Of a stretch of 54,926 nt of DNA, positions 25,058-36,350 are shown in pieces. The notes under the pieces were generated by a model that was not told where the DNA came from, did no database searches, and worked only from the letters and a program-made list of their open reading frames with translations. The stretch covers positions 62,001 through 116,926 of the forward strand of contig CAUYUJ010000199.1 in NCBI GenBank assembly GCA_963575745.1. Direction: 5' to 3'. This DNA is from Prorocentrum cordatum (Eukaryota). The stretch's first letter is position 1; every line of letters starts with the position of its first letter. Position numbers and translations under genes: made by a program.

Positions 25058-26529
25058 GTTTTTTTGCGCGCCTTTGGCTTCCGGGGTGCCTTCTCGAGGC
25101 GCGGGAGACCGTCGAAGAAACGGTTCGCGACGGGAATTCAGTCCCAGAGGGGATGGGTCCAGGCCTCCGGGGGTCCGCGGTGTCAACAACATCGCGACGT
25201 CGGAGTGGTGAGGGTCGGGAGGTTCTTGTGGAATTTGCGCTGCTTGAGGCCCCCCCTTCGTCATTGGGGTCTTTATCTACCAGGGCCCCAGCTGTGAGAC
25301 GCCGATCCTTGGCTCCCTCCCGCACTGCGGGGGCAGGAAACGGGGGACGAGGATGGCGAGGGAGATGGTGAGGACGAGGAGGGCTACGAGGGCGAGGTGG
25401 ACGAGGTGGGCGAGGAAATCGAGGCGGACCTCCTCACTCCTCGACTCTCGCTCCTCCTCATCTTCCCGCGCTCCCCTCCCGTCCCTGCTTTTCCCTCCCC
25501 CCTCCATTTTCTCTCCTGCCCCCTCGGGGGGTGCATTCCCTCCTTGGGGTTGCCCCCCTGCCCATGTCAAGCGAGCTCGCGAGCATGATGGTCTCACCTT
25601 TTCGCAGCTCGGAGACAGGAGTGCCACAGGCTGGGCCGCAGGAACCAGCGCAGTGGTTGTCGGATGTGGTGTCTGGCGCTTGCAGCAAAATTGTTTTTTG
25701 TCATCTTCCCAGGCAAGGCTTTGTTCTGATTTGGGCAACGACGGGTCCCTGTTCGGGGTGGGAAGGAGACAGACGAGGACCAGTGCAAACCCAAGACGCA
25801 TCAACGATGTTGGAATACCCCCTCCTCCTCCTCCCCTGGGCTCCCACTTCATAGACCACTGCAAGGACTCATTTCCACCGGGGGAACTGCCCCGTTGGGG
25901 GACAACCGTGTGAAAATCCTGACGCGTGCCAAAACACCATTATCACATCATCAGGACTTCAACGCCACGAGTCATCCTGACTATTGCGTCTTGACGATCC
26001 TGAACCGTACCAGAACGCCAACCTGGGACTACAACACCGCGAATGAGCGTAATTGTTGCGTGTTGGCAATCCTGAATCGCTCTCAAACAGTTTATTCGTA
26101 TACGTTCACCGTGGGAATCAGCGACACTCTTGCAAGTTGGTTGAACGAATGTGCGCGGCGCCAAAGCGAGAGCCACATGTTGTTAACGACCTACACTCAA
26201 TCCGTGAAGTTGTTGCACTGTGCTTGAAACCGAATGAGCGCGGCGCCAAGACGAGCGCCACGTTTTGTAAACCATCCGCCCTCGTTTCGTGATATCATTT
26301 TAACATTTGATAGCGGCAACACCCGCCTTCAGTTTGCGAGATTATTGAAACATTGTAAGGCGAATGCGCGCGGCGCTAAGGCGAGAGCTACATTTTGAAA
26401 TCGGCCCGCTTCCATGTGTGAAACTTTTGTCAGTTTTCAAGTTGCAGGTTCATGAATGGTGGGAAGTCTCAGGCGAAGCGCACGGCCCGCCTTTCCGATT
26501 GGCCCCGGGGCGACAGGGGGTGAGTTATT

Positions 26530-27725
26530 CATAAGGAGACGGAATGGAGGAGGAAGGCGGATGAGCGAGGAGGAAGGTGGGGAGGAGAGTAGAAGGATGC
26601 ACGAAGGAAAGAGGAAGGATGAGGGGAGGAGGAGAAAAAGATGAGGTGGGTAACGGAGGATGGAAGCGTAATGAGGGACGCGGAAGGGAGGGCCAGGAGG
26701 ATGGAGGAGACAAGAGGAGGGAGGAGGAGGAGCACGAGGCCGGAGGGACAGAGGGGCGGAGGGACAGAGGGGCGGAGGAGGAGGAGGAGGAGGAGGAGGA
26801 GGAGGAGGAGGAGGAGGAGGAGGAGGAGGAGGAGAGGAAGAGAGGGAGGATAGGAAGAGAGGAAGGAGAGGAGAGGAAAGAGAAAGAAGAGAAGAGAAGA
26901 GAGGAGGAGAGGCAGGAAAACGAGGAAGAGGAGGAGGAGGAGGAGCAGAGAGGAGATGAGAGGAGGAGGAGGAGCGCCTCAGGGATAGAGGAGAAGCGAA
27001 TAGGGAGAGGGGAGAGGGAGGCAGGAGGGACGGGGGAGGGTTGAGGAGGAGGAGGATGGGGAGGAGGAGGAGAGGAGGAGGGAGGAGAGAGGAGGAGGAG
27101 GAGAGGAGGAGGAGGAGGAGGAGAGAGAGGAGGAGGAGGGAGAGGAGGAGGAGGAGGGGGAGGGGGGGAGCAGAAGGGGGAGGAGAGGAAAAGGAGGATG
27201 AGGGGGAGGGGGGGGTGAGGAGGAGAGCGCCTCAGGGGAGGAAGAGAAGCGAAGAGGGAGGAGGGGGAGAGGGAGCAGGAGGGACGGGGAGAGGTTGGAG
27301 GAGGAGGAGGAAGGGGAGGAGGAGAGGAGGAGGAGGAGGAGGAAGGGGAGGAGGAGGAGAGAGAGAAGGAGAGAGGAGGAGGAGGAGGAGGGGGAAGGGG
27401 GAGGTGCGAGAAGAGGAGGAGAGGAGGAGAGGAGAGAGAGGAGAGGAGGAGGAGAGGAGGAGATCGAGAGCAGGAGGAGGCAGGAGGAGCAGGAGGAGGA
27501 GAGGAGGAGGAGCGGGGGAGCAGGAGGAGGAGGAGGAGGAGGAGGAGGAGAGGAGGAGGAGGAGAGTCGAGGAGGAGGAGAGGAGAGGAGAGGAAGGAGA
27601 GGAGGAGGAGGGGAGGGGGAGGGGGGAGGGGAGGGGGAGGGGAGGTAGGAAGGAGGAGCAGGAGGAGCTTGTCGGCGGAGGAGGAGGAGGCCGAAGGATG
27701 ACGCGACGGAACACGAGGAGGAGGC
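26530..27725 (+). repeat. ~1.2-kb polypurine (GGA/GAGA) low-complexity tract
   Basis: Almost purely G/A; internal ~75-bp duplication at ~26972-27045 and ~27223-27298. Confidence 0.95.
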
Positions 27726-27727
27726 AG

Positions 27728-27882
27728 GTCCTGGGCGCTCCCCCGGCGGCCCCCGACCAGGCAGCGCGGCTCCCCGCCGCGGCGGCCCCGCCCGGCGCGC
27801 CCCGCCCTCGCCGGCCGACGGCCAGGGCACGCGCCGGCCCACGCGCGGGGCCGCGCGCGCGGCTGCGGCCGGGCCGGACGAG
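27728..27882 (+). CDS. Candidate exon (G/P/A/R-rich; frame uncertain)
   Basis: cag|G acceptor and gag|gtggg donor around a unique, extremely GC-rich island. Confidence 0.2.
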
Positions 27883-27955
27883 GTGGGCGGGGGATCGGTC
27901 GGGGAGGGGGGGTCGGTCGCCATAGGGGACGACCCAGACACGATCGCGTCGTAAA

Positions 27956-28149
27956 TCAGGCGATCGCAAGCATGGGTTGAGGGGGCGTGGATTAGGGACG
28001 GGTCCCGTTTCCATGGGAAATCGCAGATTCCCGCCGCCGAACGGGGCGGCACCGGCCGCGTTTTTCGGGAGGGCACCTCCCCCGATCCATGGATGTGGCG
28101 ACCGCGCGCCAAATCCATGGATCGCTAATCCATGTTTGCGCGCCCCTGA
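27956..28149. mobile_element. 194-bp MITE, 5-bp TSD
   Basis: tcaggcgatcgcaagcatgg ... ccatgtttgcgcgcccctga; perfect TSD gtaaa. Confidence 0.85.
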
Positions 28150-28569
28150 GTAAACAAGAAGTTAGGACGGATGTTTTTCGCCGTGCCGTTTTCGGCCTCT
28201 CGAGGCCCTCGACGGGCCCCGGGGCCGTCAAGAAAAACGACTCGGGATGAGGCTCGGGACTCCCGGGGACCGCGCAATGAAAAAATCAAGACGTCGCATG
28301 TCTGGTGACGGGTCCTGAGACGTTTGAGACATCCTCCAAGCCCGCCGATTCTCAAGGATTTCCGATTGATGGCGGTCCGATTTTGTCTCGAGTTTGCTCT
28401 CGCCTCAGAGGGCGATAAACGACCCCACCACGGCGACGGACGAACGAACGCGGCAACGCGAGCGACGACGCCGGCGACGACGGCCGTGGCGGCGGCGGCC
28501 GCAACGCTCGGGTGGGCAGCCGCGCCAAGGGACGGGCGCAGGGGGGGGGGCAGGGGCAGGGGCGAGAAG

Positions 28570-28660
28570 GGCGCTGCTGGCCGAGCCGGTCCACGGGCAA
28601 CCTGGGCCCATGGAGGCCTTCGGCGGCCAGATCCGCCGGGTCGTCGCCCCGGGCGCCAAG
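28570..28660 (+). CDS. Candidate exon (ALLAEPVHGQPGPMEAFGGQIRRVVAPGAK)
   Basis: aag|G acceptor, aag|gt donor, high GC3, protein-like composition. No recognisable family. Confidence 0.35.
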
Positions 28661-29097
28661 GTCGGCCCGTGCAGGGGGGGTCGCGGTCTCCGGCCTGCCG
28701 GCCCCCTCTGGCGGTGAAGGCGCCCCCTTGGCAAGTGGGGCGAGCAGGGGTCGCCACGAAGCAGGCGGGCGGGGGATCGGTCGGGCGTCACGAAGTGGAG
28801 GGTTCGGGCGAGGGTGCCCTGGGCCCAAGGTGCCCCAGCTTTTCGCTCCACTTGAGAGTTCCTGGGGCCCTCGGGGCGTCGTGGAGGGTGTTCTGGAGGC
28901 CGTGGGGGCCTCCTCGGAGAGCCCTGGGGGGCACCTTGGGTTATGATGCTCCAACCTACTTTGGCCTTGATAACCAGAAGTACTTTCGAGCACAGGGAAA
29001 GTAACGAAACTGGGGGGTACGTGTCGGGTCCTGGGAGGCGATACTCGCTCGACGCTCTCATGCGTGGTCCCTACAAGCACGATGGGAACACTATAAA

Positions 29098-29251
29098 TCA
29101 TCGAGCGCGTTACACTACTCGCAAAGTGCCTACTCGCAAACGTCCGAAAAAAACACATGCCTGCTTCGATGTAATGTATCGTGGATCCCCCGCGGCGGAT
29201 CCAGGCCATTTGCGAGTAGTTACTTTGCGAGTAGTGCAACGCGCTCGTCTA
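29098..29251. mobile_element. Fold-back MITE, 5-bp TSD
   Basis: cgagcgcgttacactactcgcaaagt / actttgcgagtagtgcaacgcgctcg; TSD ataaa/atgaa. Confidence 0.75.
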
Positions 29252-29412
29252 ATGAACCTTGGGCCAGGGATCCCGGGATGCGCGCCCCGACGGCGGAGAG
29301 GCCTGCCGCCAGCGTGGCGCCTCGGGCGCTCCGGTTGGGCGCGTCTCGGAGGGGGCGGCGGGCCGCTGTGGGCGGGCGGACGGGGCGCTCCACGATGGAG
29401 GCGGCGATGGGC

Positions 29413-29573
29413 TTAAGTCGGGCCTGTCCCTCTACAGGACGAATACTCAAAGATTAGTCAAAACATGATCGGGGGCCGATTTTGTGGGCACTGTTTCGCC
29501 AGTGCGGGGCAGGTCTTGACTACGCTGTGCCTGTCGTCCAAAATCCCCCTGTAGGAGGACAGGTCCGACTTCA
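29413..29573. mobile_element. ttaagtcggg family MITE
   Basis: TIR ttaagtcgggcctgtccctctacagg / cctgtaggaggacaggtccgacttca; TSD degraded. Confidence 0.7.
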
Positions 29574-29725
29574 CGATACAGTGCCGTTTTGAGTACATGC
29601 TCCGCGTGCGGATCACGTATAAAAAACCCAGGGATTTAGTGTGAAAAACAACGAGGAGTTCGTGTGTAAATTCATGCACCATTTGATCATGCATTAAAGA
29701 TCCTATATTCTTGAATCTCATGTAT

Positions 29726-29955
29726 TCAGAGCTCCGAATCATCCGGGGTAACTCGGGTCAGGGCTAACTCGGGCTCGCTTTTCGGGAATCCAAACCCGAG
29801 TTACCCCTGACCCGAGTTACCCCGGATATTTCGGGCGTCCAGAGCCCCGAATCATCAGGGGTAACTCGGGTCAGGGCTAACTCGGGTTCGTTCTTCGGGA
29901 ACCCAAACCCGAGTTACCCCGGACCCGAGTTACCCCGGATAACTCGGGCGCCCAG
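29726..29955. mobile_element. Dimeric palindromic MITE family B copy
   Basis: Matches 14144-14373; perfect TSD tgtat. Confidence 0.85.
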
Positions 29956-30124
29956 TGTATTAAAAGCTGCCCTGTAGGCACTTCAGAGCGTCGGCCCGGC
30001 TTTGCGCCTCGGGGCCTGTCCGTGGGCTGCCGCTGGGCGGCCGCGGGCCGTGGCCTCGGCGCTTCTGCGGTGGTCGGCAGGCCGCGGCGCCGCTCCCTGG
30101 GGGCCACTGGGCCTCGGGCGTGGT

Positions 30125-30759
30125 TCACTCAGCAGGGAAAAAAACACACAGACACAATTAATCGTCGATCCCCCAGAAAATATAGGAAAATATGGGAAGT
30201 GGTGGGGAAGACAAAAACCCAGAAAAGATAGGAAAATATGGGTCATCTTTTTATTTGTGTGTATTTATTTGTGTGTCCTGGGGCCCCTTCATTCACTACC
30301 CACCAAACCACCCCAACCCAACCCGAAGGCCTCAATTTGCCCTCCATTTCCAGTGGGGGGGGGGTCGGGGAACACTGAAAAACACACATGGAACCCGTAC
30401 CCCACACCCACCTCTGGATCCTCGACTCTACGATAGGCCCTCGGGGGTGGAAGACGGTAGTTTTTCCATCCCCTGGGGCGGGGAAGCTGCCCACCTCCAC
30501 CTCTGGAAACCGCTCTTCGCAAGGCACCTCGGAAAGTGGGTGTGGTCAGAAATCGGTCTCCTAACCAAACCACCCCAACCCAACCCGAACCTAACCAAAC
30601 CACCCCAACCCAACCCGAAGGCCTCAATTTGCCCTCCATTTCCAGTGGGGGGGGGGGGTCGAGGAACATTGAAAAAACACGTGTGGAACCCGTACCCCCC
30701 CCCCCCCAACCCGAAATTCGAGTCTTCGGATCGGGTTGGGGTTGTCTGATAGGTAGTCA
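30125..30759. mobile_element. MITE family F (internally duplicated) with family C inserted at its left terminus
   Basis: tcac[family C 30129-30291]tacccaccaaacc ... ggtagtca; TSD gtggt/gtgtt. Uninterrupted copy at 48185-48355 (TSD gctga/gttga). Confidence 0.75.
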
Positions 30760-31200
30760 GTGTTGCAAGGGGGGGCGAGGATTATGATGTTCAAACCTAC
30801 TTTTATGTCGGGCGTGTCCCCCTACAGGGGGATTTTCCACGAAACGAAAAATAAAAAATACCCCCCACAATACCTCCCAAAAGTGAACAGATACTCAAAA
30901 ATATAGTCCCCAGACTATTTTTGGAGTACTTTTTGATTGTTTTTGGAGTATCTTCAATGCAAGGGGGGGCGAGGATCATGATGTTCCAACCTACTTTAGC
31001 CTTGAGCACCAGGAAGAATTTCGAGCACTAAGAGAGTACCAAAGCTCGAGGGTCTTCACGTGGGCCTTGGGACACACTCGTTCGGCACTGTGTCGACACT
31101 GTTTCGAAACTGTCTCGACACTTTTCCGGCTGTTCGAAGTTGTTTCTGGGATGTGGTCTTTCAGTACGATGGGAGCAACATAAGGCGAGCAATGCCAGCG

Positions 31201-31360
31201 TTGAATCGGGCGTGTCCCTCTGCAGGGGGAATATCCAAAAAGTACTCAACAAGTAGTCTGGGGATGACTGTGTGACCATTTTTGAATATTTTGGGGGCTT
31301 CTTTTGGGGTTTGTAAGTTTTCGTCCACAAGCCCCCTGTAGGGGGACAGGCCCGACCTGA
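31201..31360. mobile_element. ttaagtcggg family MITE, 8-bp TSD
   Basis: TSD tgccagcg/tgccggcg. Other copies: 32305-32407 (cactgaag/cactaaag), 51378-51570 (cgcgagcc/cgcaagcc); one-ended copy from 30803. Confidence 0.8.
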
Positions 31361-31378
31361 TGCCGGCGCGTTTGTTTC

Positions 31379-31590
31379 GGGCCAGTTTTTCTTGGGATTC
31401 GGGCAAGATTACTTGCATGGACGGGGGAGGGGGGGGCTGAGTCTCAAGCAAGCCGAAAACGACGTGCGGAAATCACGCAAGTCGAAAGGCACTTGCACGC
31501 TCAAGTTCGATTGAAGAGGGGCGAGGTGGGTGGGGGGGGGGGGGCGAACGCCATGCAAGTAAGCTTGCCTGGATACAAAGAAAAACAGGC
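31379..31590. mobile_element. Inverted-repeat-bounded element
   Basis: tttttcttgggattcgggcaagattacttgcatgg / ccatgcaagtaagcttgcctggatacaaagaaaaa (imperfect, ~35 bp). Confidence 0.65.
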
Positions 31591-31986
31591 TCTTTGTGCA
31601 TCTCTTCCGTGCCGGCGCTCCGGCGCTCCCTGCGCCGCGCCTTCCCGGCGCCGCGCGCGCAGAGCCGAGCCGAGCCAGGGGGCGCTTCTTTCGGGAGGCA
31701 CGGAGGTGCACCTCTCAAGCCCTACCATCAGGGGGGAGGAGGAGGAGGAGGAGGAGGAGGAGGAGGAGGAGGAGGAGGAGTAGGAGGAGGAGGAGGAGGG
31801 AGGAGGAGGAGGAGGAGGAGGAGGAGGAGGCAGAGGAGGAGGAGGAAGAGGAGGAGGAGGAGGAGGAGGAGGAGGCAGAGGAGGAGGAGGAGGATCTCGT
31901 CGCCCCACACGTTCGGAACCCCACGAGCACGACGAGCAGCAGGCATCGCACTCGGACCTCCCAGCGGGGAGAGGCAGGAGGCACGA

Positions 31987-32296
31987 CACGGGGTCCCAAA
32001 TCGGAGGTAGGTAGGCCTCCTGCCCTGACACGTCGATCAGTGCATTGGCCGTTTCCGGTTCGCGAGAGGGCCGTCGTTTCTGCGGGTCCAGGTCCGTCGG
32101 TCTCGGTCCTGGGCCGGTTTCACTGAAGGGGCACCTCTCGAGCCCTACGGGGTCCCAAATCGGAGGTAGATAGACCCCCCTGCCCTGACGCGTAGATGAG
32201 TGCATTGGCCGTTTTCGGTTCGCGAGGGGGCCGTCGTTTTCTGCGGGTCCAGGTCCGTCGGTCTCGGTCCTGGGCCGTTTCCACTGAAGGGTGGTC
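31987..32296. repeat. Tandem pair of family H repeat units
   Basis: Two ~140-bp units (acggggtcccaaatcggaggta...gggccg(g/t)tt(t/c)cactgaaggg). Full TIR-bounded family H copies at 48514-48684 and 51735-51905. Confidence 0.75.
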
Positions 32297-32872
32297 CACT
32301 GAAGTTAGGTCGGGCCTGTACCTCTACAGGGGTATTGTTTGTGTCTTTGTTCGTCTATTTTTATTTTTTCTCGTCCACCCCCTTGTAGGGGGACAGGCCC
32401 CACCCAACACTAAAGGACCGCCGACTAAGAGGGCTCTCCACGGAAGTAGCACGTTTCTTCGCACCCTCATCGATCGCCCAGCCCAGGAAGCAGGGAGCGA
32501 GGTATGCCAGGAAGGAAACGGGTCCTCCGGGGAAGCCGGGTCTCTCGTTTTCTGCTTACCTTGTGCCTGTGGGCCTCCTGGGCCCTCCACTGGCCCAGGG
32601 GCTGCCCGTCACGGGCGTCCCAGTTGACAGATCCTCTGCCTTGCCCCCGTTTCGGTTCCGTGGGGTCGACGCAGAAGGCGGCTTTCCCTTGCGGTTTCCA
32701 TGTCGTTTGGTCCCCCGCGCCACGGCGGGAGCTCACCGAACCCGGAGTGTGTTGCTCGAGAGAGGGGTGCGCCCGAAGTGTTTGCTGGTCGGTGCCTTCC
32801 GGGTCCGGGTCCTCGGTCGGTGCTGTCAAATATTGTTTTCGTGAACATTTGGCATCCTTCGGTACTGTTTAG

Positions 32873-33905
32873 TTAATCGCTTCGCTCATTCCGCCGGCCC
32901 TGGAACCTCTCTATAGGGCCTCTGGGAGGCCTCTTGGGGACCTCTTGGGAGTCTCTTGGGTCTCCTTGGCGGCGTCTTGGGGGCGCCCAGGGCCTCTTGG
33001 GGGGCTTTTGGGCAAGAGCGACGTGGACATGCAGTTCGTGGACGCGGAGCAGGCCGCCGTGAAGGTGGCCAAGGTCGACGTCGGCGCAGAGCAGGAGGGT
33101 AAGCTCATGATCGACGGGGGCTGCTCTGGAGCCAACCTGGCCGAGGGCACGGGCGAGGCCGGTGGGCCGGCGTACGCCGACTGCGACTCGGAGGCCGGCT
33201 TGGAGGGCGGCGTCGAGGAGATGAGCGACGAGAAGGAAGCGAGCGTGGCCATGCAGCGCGGGTGGTGGGCCGCCAGGGCCAGAATTTCTCGGGCTTGGCT
33301 GGGCACGAAGGCCTCGGAGAGCAATATGATGGCGGAGCTCGAGGCGCAGGGCGTCGAGGGCTTCGCGGCGTCCGAAGGCAAGGGCATCGACACGCAGGAG
33401 CTGCGGTGCTTGCTGACGGGCAAGGTACTGCAGGGTCCGAGGTGGGCTCCGCGGGGGCTGCCGCCCGACCCTGGAGAGGGCCGCCTGTTCGGAGATCCTG
33501 AGCCGAAAGCTAGGAGGCGCCGAGCGGGCAAGAGCAAGATGGCGGAGCCTTGAGGCCAGACCGCGCCGCGGCGTGCCTCGTGGTTTCGTGTGGCTCGGAG
33601 CGGGCTGGCCGCCGCAGGCGCCGAAGTGCGCCCAACGGGCCTTGCGGCGGAATCCGCTGGAGGTCTGAGGGGGGGGGGAAATCTCTTGTGGCGGGAAGGG
33701 GGGGTAGTCGATTGCGGCTCCCTCCTCGGAGGCCATGATCCTCGTGAGGGGTGTCGAAAAATGGCCCTCCCCTGGAGTGCTCTGGGGGCTTCTCCAGGGA
33801 ATGGCCGGGCGCCCCCATGGGCCGCTCCGCGCGCGCGAGCTAGAAATATTGTTAACCACTTACTGGGGATCTTAGCACGCCTCTGGCCCGTTGGGCCGGC
33901 GAATC
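32873..33905 (-). mobile_element. Helentron/HINE-like element carrying a ~690-bp insert
   Basis: Ends ttaatcgcttcgctcat..cgccggccc and ggcccgttgggccggcgaat. Colinear with the shorter copy at 47366-47735 except for the insert at 33013-~33700. Confidence 0.75.
33029..33553 (+). CDS. Intronless 174-aa ORF or coding fragment of unknown function, acidic N-terminal half, inside a mobile element
   Basis: ATG at 33029, frame open from the insert boundary to TGA at 33551-33553. Strong G/C third-position bias (gac gtg gac atg cag ttc gtg gac gcg gag cag gcc...). Non-repetitive protein MQFVDAEQAAVKVAKVDV...KSKMAEP. Confidence 0.5.
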   Translation: MQFVDAEQAAVKVAKVDVGAEQEGKLMIDGGCSGANLAEGTGEAGGPAYADCDSEAGLEGGVEEMSDEKEASVAMQRGWWAARARISRAWLGTKASESNMMAELEAQGVEGFAASEGKGIDTQELRCLLTGKVLQGPRWAPRGLPPDPGEGRLFGDPEPKARRRRAGKSKMAEP

Positions 33906-35436
33906 TTGTTCCCGGCAAGGACCATCGAGGAGCATGTTGGGTCATATCGCGAGAAACTCACGCGCGAAACCTAAACGTGCACGGGGAATGGACGTCCGAG
34001 CGATGGCGACGCCTGCGCCTCCCTAGAAATCTGGAGCCTCCATTCTCGAGCCCTGCACCTTGAGCCTCGAATCGGCCCAGAGCCGATCGGGCCCCGACCC
34101 ACGACCGATCTGGCCTGGTGGGGGACGCATCCCGCGCCTCCTTCCAACATGAACCCGCATATCACAACGACGTTGTGTGTCCACGCGGCGTTGTTTCTTC
34201 AGTCCGGCCTCCAGGACCCGTTTTCGGGCCCAGGGCCCATCACATATTGATTCGTGACAGGATAGCAACACCAAGGGAAGAAGCCCGAAGCTTTAGGGCC
34301 GTTCATTGGAAAAGACATCGTCGGATGTCTTGTTTGGATTCAATCGAGGATCGAGGAGAGAGAGTTGCAGGTTTGCATGTCTTTGGTATTTCTTGGATTT
34401 GTAGGTGGCTCCTCGTCGTCACAGTTGGATTCCCATATAAATCTCAATGAATTCGCACTCTTGGGGAGGTCTGGGGGTCGATGGTTGCAGGCAGGAAGGT
34501 CTAAAAGGTTTGGCATCAGGGAAAGGGATACTGCGGAAATTTGGTTCTGATATGTTCTGTTCAAGGGTGTCCCGGGGCCCTTCCCGGCGCCGGGGGTCTG
34601 TGTTTTTCAATGCGGTTTCCGACTCTCTGCTCACTATCTGGAGATTGCCATGCACTTGAGCAGGACTGTCGCCTCTAAGGCCTGGCTTCTGGCCGGCCTG
34701 CTTGTCCTGGAACGAAGATGTGGCTTGGATGGTGAACTCAAGTTTCAGCTTGTTGGAAACTCCGCTGCTGGGGCTGGCGCTCAGTAGCCCAGCGCCGCTG
34801 GCCCCAGCACAAACCCCGAGTCTGAGGACGAGCAGGAGCTCTCATTGCCCAGTTTTTCGGGCCAGCAGTTTTTGCCACCAATCGCTTGTGTTGGACCATG
34901 CCATCGGCCATCGCTGTGGCCTGCCAGGAGTTCCCGTTGAGACTAGCCCCGCCGAGCCTCACTGGCCCCTGACTGCCACCGATGCTGCCCGTGCGCAACC
35001 CCGAGACCCATTGGGGGTCTGAGACCAGCTGGCGACCGTTCGGACAGTGTGGAGGGGTACTGTCATTCAGAGGAGGGAAAGGTACGATCCGATACTGCTA
35101 CCCCTGTCTCGTTTTCGCTTTTTTGGGTCTCATGGGAGGCCCTCGTCGCCACGGCTGGGTTCGCCTTTCAGTCCGCTCAGGAAGCACCCTTGGCGAGGTC
35201 TCATTCAGGCCCTCATGTTGACGCGCGCGCCTCTTCCTCTGCTTGGCACGCGCAGCCGCTTCAACTGCAGCGCGCCTCTCTCGGGAGCGCTTTGGCGGCT
35301 CACGGTCTCCCTCTGCTCGCGCGCCGTACGGGCGCAGGTCGCGTGAGTTGGGCTGGGGGCCTCGGTGCCCAGAGCCACCCCCCCACTTCGGGGGCAGTCA
35401 CGGCCAGCCTCGGAGAGGAGCCTCTGTAGCGGGGAG

Positions 35437-35571
35437 CTCCTCCTCCTCTTCTTCCTCCTCCTCCTCCTCCTCCTCTTCCTCCTCCTCCTTTTCTTCCTCC
35501 TCTTCCTCCTCCTCCTCCTCCTCCTCATCCTCATCCTCCTCCTCCTCCTCCTCCTCCTCCTTCTCCTCCTC
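35437..35571 (-). repeat. (CCT)n tract on + strand, i.e. (GGA)n on minus
   Basis: Direct reading; also 20987-21067 and 40940-41010. Confidence 0.95.
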
Positions 35572-35966
35572 GAAGAGCGGGTCCTGGAGTTTTTACTGGC
35601 CCTCGGGGAAAGCCCTGGGGGTCCAGGGCCCGCTCCGCTCTGGACCCGTGGCCTTCTTGCCGAGCCTGCGGCCCTGGGTCCCGGGCGCGCTCTGTACGTG
35701 CCTTCGATTTCGCGAATTCCAGTCGCTTGGCATCGCTCGGACGCGTGCATTCTTCTTTCGCTGAGGGCCCTCGAGGAGCATCCCTGATCATTTGGCGAAG
35801 AAAAGCCACACACGAGACCGAAAAAAACACAGGGAATGGACGTCCGAGCGATGGCCAGGTCGGGCGTTGCCCGTGGAGGCTCCCGCGACCTCCAGAGCTC
35901 CAGAGAGAGCTCCCCGCGAGGACCAGAGGGCCCCCAGGGGCTCCACAACGGAGAGACAAGCTCTGG

Positions 35967-36139
35967 TCAGCCACGCGCAGAGGGGGGGTGGGGGGGAGGG
36001 GGGAGGGCTTCTTAGAAGCACCCCTGCTTCTTAGAAGGCGCGGGCCTCATCTGTAGATGTAAGGCCGGCGCCTTCTAAGAAGCAGCCTGCTTCTAGGAAG
36101 CTCTTCCCCCTCCCCCCACCCCCTTGTGCGCGCCGCCAG
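35967..36139. mobile_element. Palindromic MITE family A, 5-bp TSD
   Basis: Perfect TSD tctgg. Near-identical copy at 37419-37590 with perfect TSD tcttc. Confidence 0.85.
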
Positions 36140-36158
36140 TCTGGACGCCTTTGCCCAG

Positions 36159-36350
36159 GGACGCCGTTGGCAGCCCACGAGCTGGGTTCCTGGCGGCCAC
36201 GTGCGCCGTCCTCGTGGCGGCTTCCGACCGCATTGCACTCGGCAGCCTCCCGAGGTGGTCGACTCCGCCGTGGCCTCCGCCCCCGCGACCTGGGTCGCGG
36301 CAGCCGGCCCCGCGGCGAGGCCAGCGGCCCGGCCGCCGCGGCCGCGAGAG
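36159..36350 (+). CDS. Candidate exon (...PPEVVDSAVASAPATWVAAAGPAARP...)
   Basis: cag|G acceptor, gag|gtgaga donor, open frame, unique GC-rich island between MITEs. Confidence 0.25.
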
